DNA of 64,000 bases, taken from positions 20,336,001 through 20,400,000 of the forward strand of contig CAIIXF020000001.1 of NCBI GenBank assembly GCA_903813345.2. The letters are read 5' to 3'. Source of the stretch: Owenia fusiformis. Taxonomy: Eukaryota. The notes under the pieces were generated by a model. That model had not been told where the DNA came from and made no database searches. It saw only the letters and a list, made by a program, of their open reading frames with translations. Made by a program: the position numbers and the translations under genes. Below, one piece after another: positions 1-12,146 of the stretch (position 1 is the first letter of the stretch; each line of letters opens with the position of its first letter).

Positions 1-100
1 ATGATTTTTGACAAGTGTAAAAGTTGGTTTTGGAGCATTTTTCTATAGCCATTTTGTAGGGAAAAAAATGATGAAAAATGTACAATCTTTAAATTTTAAG

Positions 101-203
101 TATGACCTGAATCGATTGCAAACTTCATATTTGCACATTTGATGAGATAAACCAATAGTGTCATATTGTGAAATTATTAAGTTTGCAATCGATTCAGGTC
201 ATA
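101..203. repeat. Perfect 25-bp inverted repeat with 53-bp spacer, probably part of a palindromic MITE
   Basis: TATGACCTGAATCGATTGCAAACTT (101-125) and its exact reverse complement (179-203). Confidence 0.75.
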
Positions 204-484
204 GTGTATTTTTGGTATTTTTGTGATAATCAATAGAAACCAATGGCCTCTATTGGGATCTGCTGATATCCTCGTGTTAAGTCAATGATGAACAGCCCCA
301 TGTAAGTCAATACAACCTCACTAAACTAAATGGCCCCTGTCTCAGCCTATGTGTGCCCGAGCACTTTAATATTTTCCAAAGAGTTATATGACATTCTATT
401 CTTCATGTTACACCTAAGAATTATTCATTTTGACCATAGGGGTATTTGCCAATAAACGCACCTCTTCCTTTGACACATACTATA

Positions 485-669
485 CAGGGTGACCCAAAAA
501 CAGAACCCTCCAAAAATGAAATAATTTCTTTAATACATGTAATCACTGTTTCATTTTTCATGTACAGAAACTACAATCTATGGATGACAATGTGAGACCT
601 TTGTTACATAGGATAAGTGTTTAAGAAATTATTACACTTATAGAGTGTTCCGGTTTTTGGGTCACCCTG
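485..669. mobile_element. Tc1/mariner-type MITE (185 bp)
   Basis: TIRs CAGGGTGACCCAAAAAC / GTTTTTGGGTCACCCTG; TA on both sides (483-484, 670-671); no ORF. Confidence 0.8.
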
Positions 670-1184
670 TATGATATATAATGAAAACTCTACATTCATT
701 ATCAACATAATTGATGTAGCCTTTTCCACCTAAAATACAATTTACGTTCCACGTTTTGAATCTTGGCCCTCGCTACAGTCGGATTCATGACCTTTTATAC
801 ACGGATCCTCTCAGGAAAGAGAAATCTGCCTAGAGAACGTCCAACATGGGTTTCCATAAACCGAGATTTTGGGGAATTTGATCCATTAGCAATTCTAACG
901 TGGGACTTGTTTTTTCAACTGGGATAACTAGAATTTGACCTAAAGGCAAGAAGACTATCAATTTTGTTGATTATCCAATTTAATCTATTCTGTTTCTTAA
1001 AAGGCATGGCTTTTTGATTTTTTTGCTTCTTGACAATCCAAGTTATTGAAACCACTAAAAAACACGATTTCTACCATAATGATGCATATATTTACCTTTA
1101 TATGCCATTTCTAAATGACCTTGTCTTTCAAGACTCTATAAATCCGGTGAAACTCGGATTCTGAGGACCGGTTATTTCACTACC

Positions 1185-1440
1185 TTACCCCCATACTGTA
1201 GCCTGTATTTCTTTAAATAGACTGAAGTTGCAAATGGGGCGGGTATTCTTTATCTTTTGTCTAGGGCTTTTCTGGTAATTATACAATGCAAACTGCTCGA
1301 TGAATCAATAGTAGAACACTTGGAATACATGTAAAATCAAGTATACCTTCAGAAATATGGAAATAAAAAAGTCCTCCATTTGCAACTTCACTGTAGCCTG
1401 TATCTCTTTTATACAAATACAGGCTGCACTATGGGGGTAA
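1185..1440. mobile_element. Small inverted-repeat (MITE-like) element
   Basis: TTACCCCCATACTGTAGCCTGTATTT pairs imperfectly with AAATACAGGCTGCACTATGGGGGTAA; inner IR TGAAGTTGCAAATGG / CCATTTGCAACTTCA. Confidence 0.6.
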
Positions 1441-2153
1441 CTTCTCCCCGGTGTTTAATGGTTGCAAGTTAAGTAGAACCAATAGTTATTTTCAACTTTA
1501 TGATATACGACTCAAGCAACATCCACGCCTGCCTTTCTACCAACGCTATTGTCATAACGGTAAAGCGTCATAATCATAATGACACGGTGGGATTGTTTTC
1601 AGAAAAAAGCAAATTGGCATTCATTATAGTTTATCTATTGATTTCCAATACTCATAATCTCTATGGCCGTTGTGTAAAATCGGTAAAACAGAGATTTGGC
1701 TAGCTAAGCTGCATGTACCTCACAATATTTGTTAAATATATATATTTCACACGGCGATATGCACTAGATACTGACAAAATATATTATTTTTAATTCCTGA
1801 TATCATATTGTACAAAAGTCAGAAATGACGAACAGGGGCGCCAGACTGTGCCATGTGGGACAACTGTTATTTCTATGGGGGGGGGGAGTCTATTGTGCAG
1901 TCAGTGCCGACGCGCAAGATAAAAGAACAATAATCTGCCAGATTTAGTCACCCATTCACCAGAAAATATTTAACCACAATCTACAAGATATACTTATATG
2001 CATTTTCAATCATATTCACAGGGGATTAACGTGTTACGAGGACATGGTATCGTTTCAGTATGAATGATATTCCAGTTATTGAATCACACACCTTGCACGT
2101 GCAATGTGCAATTCCGCAATTTTTATGTACTACATAATCATTCAAGTCTATTA

Positions 2154-2681
2154 CACTGGTGATCCACTCGATTACGCTGGTTACCGAAACGGTTCGTTTT
2201 GGTAACAAAATGTCGGAACGTCGAAGGTACGATTTTTCGTTCTTCCTTAATTCACGCGTTGTAGGCAGAATCCCCACGACGTTTTTTCTCACAAACGTGT
2301 ATCAGTATCATATGTTTTAGAAAATGTTCATGTTTGCGAAAAAATAGCTCAGAAGACAACAGAATCGTCGATTTAATTCCTCACTTAAGTTACATAAACG
2401 GTTTGGGTTAAAAGTGAAGATCTTAACTGTTTTTCGAAAAACCGTTTATGTAACTTAAATTAAATCGACGATTCTGTTGTCTTCTGAACTATTTGTTCGC
2501 ACATATGTACATTTTCTTAAACATATGATACTCATACACGTTTGTGTCAAAAATGTCGTGGGAATTCTGCCTACAACGTGTGAAATAAAGAAAAGAGAAA
2601 AATCGTACCTTCGACGTTCCGACATTTTGTTACCAAAACGAACCGTTTCGGTAACCAGCGTAATCGAGTGGATCACCAGTG
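2154..2681. mobile_element. Near-fully palindromic MITE (528 bp), CACTGG termini, TA flanks
   Basis: CACTGGTGATCCACTCGATTACGCTGGTTACC... pairs with ...GGTAACCAGCGTAATCGAGTGGATCACCAGTG over >200 bp. This explains why ORFs 2026-2292(-) and 2477-2701(+) share peptide. TA at 2152-53 and 2682-83. Confidence 0.9.
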
Positions 2682-3488
2682 TAGCTATTCTTTCTAGTTG
2701 AAGGTAGAAAGATGTAATGATTGTCAGAGTGCAAATTAACTTATGCCGACCGCCTACAAAAACGAAATATTAATTAAATGGTCCTCAGTTTGTGACTCGG
2801 TATGGGTTTTCAAGAAAACCCAATCGTTTTTTAAAAATATGATATCCAATTTTTGAGAAATAGGAAAAAGCACCATTGGAATATGAACTTAGTTCGATGA
2901 TGGCAGTTACACAATGATAACCCTTACGTGATGAGATTGTGCACAGTTGAATCAAAAATGGATGATATAAGATCAAAAATCGATACAATTTATTCGAGTT
3001 ATGCAATTGTACAATCAATTTGTTGATAGAACAATATTTCTCAAAGTCTCGTCTGACTAATCCTGCTACGTATAGCGTCTGTTTTACAGTAAACACGTAA
3101 ACACAAATTGCCTATTTCATATAGTAATATGTATTTCACAAACAAGAGATACACCATGGCAAAATAGCAAAATAGACTGCCATGTATAACAGCAAAACTA
3201 CTAGTCTTCATAAAACTAGTTCCCTCTAGAATAATAGTTGATTATGATAATCACAATGGCTATGTTGGTCCTCTAAATAAACTGAAGGCTAAGTTATTCT
3301 TAAGCCTCCTGGAAAGAAGCCTAGAGGGACCGTAGATGAACGAGCTAAGTTCGCGTCCCTTATATCCAATCTCTTGCCACCTGCCTTGCCGCTAACAAAA
3401 TTCCACGATCGATACGAAGCTGATGAGAATGCGGAATAAGTAAAAAATGTCTCTAGAAACCAATATATCCCAGTTGCTTCTCATTTAG

Positions 3489-4160
3489 AATTTGCCGGGC
3501 GCTCTCTTCACCTCGTTGTGTCGATTGATGTCGGGAGGAGATGAAGCAGAAACAGTTATTCGGCGAAACAATGGCGACGACATCGTGCGCCATGCATAAG
3601 TTCTAGAGGGGACCTCTGAATTCAACATGAATCTTGAAGAACAACACTCCAGTTTAGGGTAAGACATTGAGTGTCACACTAACTCAGGCTCCATTTCTTA
3701 ATTTAAACTTCTGTTATAATTAATTAGATTGAATTGCATTTTAAAGATGAATTGAAGTTGTATTTCGTAATCCTAACACTGTGATTTAACATTTTCACCA
3801 CCTAAATGATAATAAATAATGTTGTATGTAGATCAGTATGTCATTGGCCTAGAATCCAACAGAACAATATTTAATTAGATCAGTCTAGAATTACAGTAAT
3901 CAAAAGGATTTGTGATTAGTGATAATATTAATGACTCTAGAATTAATATCAAGCTTCAATTCATCCCAACCTAATATTTTAGGTATCTGATTATCCCATA
4001 TCATCCCATATCATTTCGCACAATACAGCGAGAGCATGGGAGTAATTTATGATCCACGTGATCGTATCGAAAGGAAATTCTGAGATCATTAAAGTGAAAC
4101 TCAGTGAGCTCAATGATGACACCAGACAACAAGCTACTTATGTCGAACCTAAAGGGGTTG
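3489..4160 (+). pseudogene. Possible decayed exon pair of an unidentified gene
   Basis: Acceptor TTCTCATTTAG|3489, frame NLPGALFTSLCRL...EEQHSSLG with one internal TAA, donor GTAAG at 3659, and a phase-compatible acceptor ACAATACAG|4029. No recognised homology. Confidence 0.2.
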
Positions 4161-4559
4161 ATTTCCTTTTACATTTTCCGATTTTAAGAATGATTTCTGT
4201 ATTCCTCTTGGTACGTATTATCATTAGCAAGTACAATATGCCTGCATTACACTACTTTACTATGCAAAATCGATTCCTAGTGGGACTTGGCAATCTTCTG
4301 TTCAATATAAATTGCATGCCTTGATGATGATAGTGTCAATGGAGTTCTTTCTAACATATAAATTCTCATATTATATTACAAAGCACAAATCAAGTCTAGA
4401 TTATAAGTTATGTTTATGCAATAACACGATGATGTGTAATTCATACAGTAAATCTAGCATTTATTTCCACTATATTCCAAATGTGGACCTAAAAACATTT
4501 TGGTTAAAAAACTCTTGAAGGACGGGACATGTAAGAAGCAATTGTTTGTTCAGATTGTA

Positions 4560-6350
4560 CCAAATGGCTACGGAAGGATATGGTTGTATTACCTAGATAT
4601 GATTACGTACACAGTGATAACATTGTAGCAGTTGGCTACAGGTGAACAGGGTGATATGATTGAAGTCCATGATGATATGTTTGTACCATTTAGCTTTAAA
4701 ACGTGCAGAGTGATACGGTTGTACCAATTACCAAGATATGAGAGATGAGTAGGTACACAATGATATCGTTGTAGCAATTGGCTATAGATGTACATTGTGA
4801 TATGATTGAAGTACAGTAGGGTGATACGGTTGTACCAATTATCTGTAAAAGTACAGGGTGATACGGTTGTACCAATTACCAAGATATGAGTAGTACACAA
4901 TGATATCGTTGTAGCAATTGGCTATAGATGTACATTGTGATATGATTGAAGTACAGTAGGGTGATACGGTTGTACCAATTATATGTAAAAGTACTGGACG
5001 ATATGGTTGGACCAATTAACAAGATATGAGTAGTACGCAATGATATCGTTGTAGCAATTGGCTATAGATGTACATTGTGATATGATTGAAGTACAGTAGG
5101 GTGATACGGTTGTACCAATTATCTGTAAAAGAACAGGATGATATGGTTGTACCGATTAACAAGATATGAGTAGTACGCAATGATATCGTTGTAGCAATTG
5201 GCTATAGATGTGCGTTGTGATGATTGAAGTACAGGGTGATACGGTTGTACCAATTATATGTAAAAGTACTGGACGATATGGTTGGACCAATTAACAAGAT
5301 ATGAGTAGTACGCAATGATATCATTGTAGCAATTGGCTATAGATGTACATTGTGATATGATTGAAGTACAGTAGGGTGATACGGTTGTACCAATTATCTG
5401 TAAAAGAACAGGATGATATGGTTGTACCGATTAACAAGATATGAGTAGTACGCAATGATATCGTTGTAGTAATTGGCTATAGATGTACATTGTGATATGA
5501 TTGAAGTACAGTAGGGTGATACGGTTGTACCAATTATCTGTAAAAGAACATGATGATATGGTTGTACCGATTAACAAGATATGAGTAGTACGCAATGATA
5601 TCGTTGTAGCAATTGGCTATAGATGTACATTGTGATATGATTAAAGTACAGTAGGGTGATACGGTTGTACCAATTATATGTAAAAGAACAGGATGATATG
5701 GTTGTTCCGATTAACAAGATATGAGTAGTACGCAATGATATCGTTGTAGCAATTGGCTATAGATGTGCGTTGTGATGATTGAAGTACAGGGTGATACGGT
5801 TGTACCAATTACACTCTTAAAAATTATTACTTGGATTTCCTTATATTGAGAAATTGTACTACTCATTTTAAGTCAAAAATTACTTAAATAATCTTGAACT
5901 ACTGAATAATTTTTAAGTAATTCATTTATGGTGAATTTACTAATGCAAGGAGAGAAATTGAAATACTTACTGTAGTAATTGTAATACTCATTTACATAAT
6001 TAAGCAATTAAAAAACTCAAAATGACAATAATTAAGTTAAACCTAAGTAAAATGAAGTAAAACTAAGTATTTAACTTAATTCATTTTTAAGAGTGTATAT
6101 GTAAAAGTACTGGACGATATGGTTGTACCAAATACCAAGATAAGAGTAGTACGCAATGATATCGTTGTAGCAATTGGCTATAGATGTACCTTGTGATATG
6201 ATTGAAGTACAGAGTGATATGGTTGAACCAATTAACAAGATATGAGTAGTACGCAATGATATCGTTGTAGCAATTGGCTATAGAGGTGCGTTGTGATATG
6301 ATTGAAGTACAGGGTGATATGTTTGTACGAATTAGCAAAATAACCAAATG
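4560..6350. repeat. Tandem satellite, 140-bp unit (135-bp variants) built from ~35-bp subrepeats
   Basis: GCTATAGATG recurs at 4781, 4921, 5061, 5201 (period 140) and 5336 (135). About 10 units, degenerate left edge, interrupted by a MITE. Confidence 0.95.
5812..6095. mobile_element. MITE with CACTCTTAAAAAT TIRs and TA duplication (EnSpm/CACTA-like), inserted in the satellite
   Basis: CCAATTA[CACTCTTAAAAAT...ATTTTTAAGAGTG]TATATGTAAAAG; removing it restores CCAATTATATGTAAAAG, as seen in neighbouring units. Confidence 0.9.
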
Positions 6351-7574
6351 GTGATCTGGTTGTACCCGTTTATTTTTAGAAATTAAGGGTTATATGGTTG
6401 AAGTGCACGGTTATTTAGTTGTACTAGCTGTAGAGGTAAATGGTGATACGGTTTATACCCCCCTCCAAAAGTTTGGCAACCTTAGCTCCCTTATTGAACT
6501 ACGTGTTAAAGCCTCATTATGTTTGAATTTTTATTTACATAATCTGCGAGGAAAATAATTATAATATTATGGAAATGTAACTTGACCTCATTTCCAATGC
6601 CTTCAAATTTTCCCATTTTTCTCAATTACAATAGGTCGAAAATTGATGATAAATCTGATGAATGTTCGAAAATCGACATTCAAATGTAAAAAAACATTTT
6701 TTGTTTTTAGTGCAATCGTTTTTTGTTCCTTTTTACAAATTCTTGAGAATGAAATAAAATATCTTTCCGAAGCTTGTTGGAACAAAATATCATACAACAT
6801 CTTTTTAGACCTCTCAATATTATATAGTAATACAAAGGAAATTTTGGTTGATTTAACGAAAAGTATTCCAAAAATTAAAACAAAAAACCCCAAAAAAGTT
6901 AAAAATTAAGATAAACTTTTTATTTCATTCACAAGGTACTTTTTTTTAAATCAACCAAACTTATCTTTGTACAATTACAATATTGAGAGATCTAAACACG
7001 TTGTGTTTATGTCATTTTGTTCCAATGAGGTTCGGATAGATGTTTCATTTTATTCAGAACATATTATACCAAGAACAAAAGAAGTGGCAAATGTGTTTTC
7101 TAAAACAATATAGAGAAAAGTATATATATTTATTTCAAATTGTATTGTTACCATTTAAAAGATGACCATTAAATTGGCGATGTGTAAAATTTTCAGAATT
7201 CTTTGATGACTGAAACGTGAAACGTAAGTTCAACATACCCATCCTTTGGAGGCATTTAAAATGAAGTCAAGTTACTTTCCCATTAATATTATAAGTATTT
7301 CCCTCACAGGTCATGCAAATAAAAATTTAAACATAAAGAGGCTTTAACACGTAGTTCAATGAGGGAGCTAAGGCTGCCACACTTTTGGAGGGGGTGTAAA
7401 CCGTATCACCATTTAGCTCTACAGCTAATAAGTACAACTAAATAACCGTGCACTTCAACCATATAACCCTTAATTTCTAAGACTAATTGGTACAACCAGA
7501 TCACTATTTGGTTATTTTGCTAATTGGTACAAACATATCACCCTGTACTTCAATCATATCACAACGCACATCTA
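6281..7574. mobile_element. Foldback-like ~1.3-kb imperfect palindrome continuous with the satellite
   Basis: Outer arms ~6281-6608 / ~7245-7574; inner arms ~6721-6857 / ~6946-7080. Confidence 0.8.
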
Positions 7575-10394
7575 TGGAGGGGAGTGTAAGTACATGGTAC
7601 AAGGCATATAGTCAGTGATGACGTCATTAAATAATGTCATTTTCAATGGTGTCGTCGATCAAGGTCATGGTCAATATCCATTGGAACCCTGGGAGCCAAT
7701 CCTCCTTTTATTTTGACTACAAAGATATTTTTCAAAACGATGCATTGTGCTTCTCTGTGGATCCAGTGTCGTATTAATAAATGTGTACGTCTCTGCTAGA
7801 TCCAAAGAACACATTTTACAATTACAATACGTACTGTTCAGGAATGTGTGTATGTATTTATCGCACAAATATAAAATAGGAGCCAATGTCTGAGTTTTGA
7901 TGTCCGAATGGTATCTCAGTTGATTTTAAGCTTCGTTGACAATAATTCTGAAAAGTTCCATTTCAAGCATATTCATTTCAAACATTTTATCTTGAATAAC
8001 ATCAAAAACATATTTTTTGCAAGAATCAAATTACGAATTATGAGGCACATATTGTCATGATCATGTTTATTGAATTATTGCTCTCAAGCTTTTAAAATCT
8101 AGGAGTCTCTTTGAGTCTATGTATTTGTAAGAATGCAATATATTTGGGTGGGGGGGGGGGGGGCTGGGGGGTAATGTGTTAACATAACCATCGTTTAAGA
8201 TGAGTCTTGATTATTCAAAAATGATCTAGTGCACGAAGAATATACGTTTGAACTTAAGTGATATAGGCCTATTATGTATTTTGAGTAATAAGCCTTTACA
8301 TTCTAATACTCATCACGAGTTTGTTTCATTCGCGAGTCGTGCATTTCGTTTAATGTCGTGTTCCAATCTCATTCTATAGATACTGTGATTTCTATCATGA
8401 ACGCCACATGCCTTGAAAATCCAAGATGGCCGTCTGTGGCATTCTGGGAAGATCCGTCGTTGTCATGATGAGAATTCCTAAGCAAACAGAGCATGGGTGA
8501 CAATAAATCATCCTTGACAGCTATTTGTAACTCTTATAATTGGAGATTACTGGGAGAGTCAGATATAGACTATTTCGAATAAAGGCGAAAATCAAGGCGT
8601 AAAGAATGATTGCAATTTTCCTCTTAGACGCAGCCGAGTTTGAAGTACATAATACCTCAAAACATGGGAAATCGCATTTTGATGACAGTAGTTTGGTCAT
8701 TTTTCATCAGGCAACATTCGCACCATATTGAATCAATGGTCTTAGCATAATCTTTACACGACAAGTTATTTCCCAAGCAAATTAATATTTTTTTTAAGAA
8801 ATGATGTCCATTGAAGTCATGTATCATTCGATAGCAGGTCATAATCAAAAAGTGGAAATCTGCATGTAAAAAGCTGATCCTTGAGTGAGTTAACTGACTG
8901 ACGGGAAAAAATATACGGTCGATTCTCCGGCATCTGATTCAAGTGTTATTTACGAATGCGATCGAATATTTAAAACAATCTGCAAATGATCTTGCATAGA
9001 ATCTTATATCGGGATCGCAAGATCAATTGAGTTTACGCTAGGTTCTATAGAGAATTTCCATAATTATGCTCATGCTCACCCGTGCAGTCAATTGTGTTTT
9101 CTTTAAGCAATTCAACATCTTGAATTTGAACGAAAAATATAGATCAAATACAGAATTCTGGTGATAAATCTATCTTCCAGAAATGAATTATGTTTGGAAC
9201 TGTAGTTCATTCTGAGTAATCAAGGTACATGCAAGTAAACCCATACGTTCTAAGCATACTACCCAGATATGGTAGGTATTTGAAAAGAACGTGGAACTAA
9301 ACTGTATCTTGGATCCTTGAAAAATCCCCGGTTCACATCTATCCAGAGATGTGCTACGCAGATATTTTGAATTTATCTGAAGAGAGAATAAGTAAAAAGT
9401 CAGAAAGTGGGAAACTAAAGTATTCACTCAGGTATTTCCATTATCATGCGTCAGATTTCCTTGATTAATGATGTATTTAGATGTGGACCCACATATGTTG
9501 ATGTTGAGGAAAATTAAGCTTATTGATACATTAGGCCAAGAAATCGACATGACTTAACATCTGAACATGTGTTAGGGAACGCCTCCAGATGGTACCAATG
9601 TTTTCATTGTCGTTACGCCATGTGGCAATATTTGTTTCCAATGTCGCATTGGTGGATATCGTTAATACCTCTGCAGTTATAGATATTTTTCAAAAACGCA
9701 CCTTAATTTCTGAATATTTTTTGCTCATTCATAATAGAAAAACATAAAAAAATCTATTTTAATTTTTGGAAAAAAGAGAGACCATTCAAAAATGAAGCGA
9801 TGAATGAAGCTATCGTAGATAGTAACTAACCTTCATGTTCAAAATGAAAGTGAAAAAAGTAAGCATTTATACACGTATTACTTGGAACACCATACCATGC
9901 TCGCGGGAACTGTGTACTTGAACGATTAATTGGTGTTCCAAAGAAAACCTTCACATTTTGTAGATAAACATGCGGTTCAAAATTATCCCTTCTGTCTGTT
10001 GTTAATCATATTGATTTTGGATTCCAATAATTGATTGACAATACTTTGTAATAACTGAGGAGTAATTCGAAAAATTACTTATATAAGCAATCAATATTAT
10101 GATGTTGCGTGAGAGAATAGATCTTTAATTGGTCCATCTGACGACCATGTCCAAGCAAAATGATAGACGATTTCACGATAATTACCACAGTAACAGTTGC
10201 ATAATTCTTTAAGGCAATTATAACTTCTTAATAAGTCTTTGGAAAATTAACTAGTGAATAATTAAATAGTTGTGCATGTGTACAAGGTTCGTTAAGTAAG
10301 TAATCACATCATTGGTGCTTAGCAGTCACGGTTTTCCATCACATCTTAAATATTTTATTGGAGGAAAGTAATTATATAATTTTGGAATCCTGCC

Positions 10395-10401
10395 TATAAA
10401 A
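10395..10401 (+). promoter_or_regulatory. Candidate TATA box of the decayed gene
   Basis: CCTATAAAAG, followed ~150 bp later by donors GTAAGG (10545) and GTGAGG (10551), consistent with a non-coding first exon. Confidence 0.35.
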
Positions 10402-12146
10402 GTCAGATCCGTTTGTGTTAAATCACATTTCATGCAGTGGTCGAAGAGACAAGTCAAAGGAAAAACGTTGTGAGAATATATATATCAAATTTGGAAGGCA
10501 TATTAAGGAGACGATCGGGACCGAATATCAAAGTCTAGGTTGAAGTAAGGGTGAGGTTTTTACATCATACAACAACTTGTTTTGTATTTAGTAGACAGTA
10601 TAGATACTAATTATATTGACAAAACATCTTATATCTCAGATAACTGTCTAGTTTCCTTTATAGCTTGAGTTCTTCGTTTCATTTTAGTGAACTAATTTCA
10701 GCTTTGACTTTGCCATGCACTGTACCATGTCAAAGATAATGATGTTATTCCACTGAGACATGCATAAAACCTTGATTTATTTATTTTTCCAATGTGATGC
10801 CTAATTCTCCTATCTATTCGCTACATTACTGTCTAACAAGGTTTTTCAAGATGGTCGTTTTAATTTCCAAGACGATTCCATCGGCTTTCGTAACTATAAA
10901 GCATAATCGGAATGGCTATTGGCTATGGAATCTCACGTGGTATTGCTGCTGTCGGTTCACTTGCCAACTGGACAGAGGATCACCTACGTACAGATAAATC
11001 AAAGAAATGGTCAGATTATGGTGTCAAATTGAGTTATAACTAATTATCCATGTGTGAATATCGTTTCTCATGCTTCTTAGAGGTTTGAACAAAATTCATT
11101 TGCTATGATTGGTTTTGAGATTCGATTTATACCGTTGTCCTTATCTGTGAAATTGGCAAAATTATGATGAGTTTAGAAATGAACCTAAAACGCATGTGAG
11201 TTGGTGAAAAGTTGTTGAAAAACCGAAATTTTGACATGTTATAAAATGTAGAGTAGAAGAGTTCTAAATGGTGAAAACGAATGTTGATGCGATTAGGTTC
11301 TACATTGAAGATTTCAATGGATTTTTGTAAGCCAAGGCAGTCGGTATGATTGTGATACGCAGTACGTAATCAGTGTAACTCCATCCATAGGGACTATGGC
11401 TTGACTGATGAACAGGCTCTGATTAAGTTTTTTAGATTAATCCATATTGACTTGCAAATATTTCAAACAGGCACTCATTACTATGAACAGGGCTCAAATG
11501 ATTTATACTATTTCACGCTGCACTAACTAATGGAGAGACAATCCAATTTTTAATAAGAATATTGAATCTAATTCCTGCAATGTACAACTACTTCTCCAAT
11601 CTCAATGTCGTGTTCAGTTTTTTATTAAGCAGTTATGTTGTCGCCTACATAGAGTTAATTTACAATTTATAATCAGACTCTAAAATCAAATCTTTGTCTG
11701 AATTTAAGTAAGAACTACAAAGACATCACTCACAGTTTATATCACTCAAGGCTTGAATCTGCTAAATGGTTCCAATTTGAGAGGAATCGATAAGTTTAAT
11801 GCAATCGGCTGATACATTGTCTGCCGTAATAACATCTTCTAGATGCAGTTTCACTGTAAATTGCTCCATCGTCAGCTCAATGCAAAGAAAAATGAGAATG
11901 ATAGACACTCTTCAGCAAATATGTGACACTATATTTAATTGTGTCCTTTCTCGGAAAACTTTCAGCAAATGGATTCAGTAGCTACATCTTCATACATTGG
12001 AAGTCGAAGATGATGTTTAAATTCTGCATAATGATAACAGTGTATGAGGTTTGGATGATTGAGCAGTTCAAGAGAGGACCTTTAATCAAATGTTGGTGAT
12101 TTATTATTAGATCATTGTATCCATGATCCTTAAAATAAACACTATC

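Noticed and set aside
2026-2701. Apparent paralogous ORF pair on opposite strands
   Set aside because: Artefact of the palindromic MITE arms.
4589-6347. Repetitive minus-strand ORFs (IANCYNDII...)
   Set aside because: They are translations of the 140-bp satellite.
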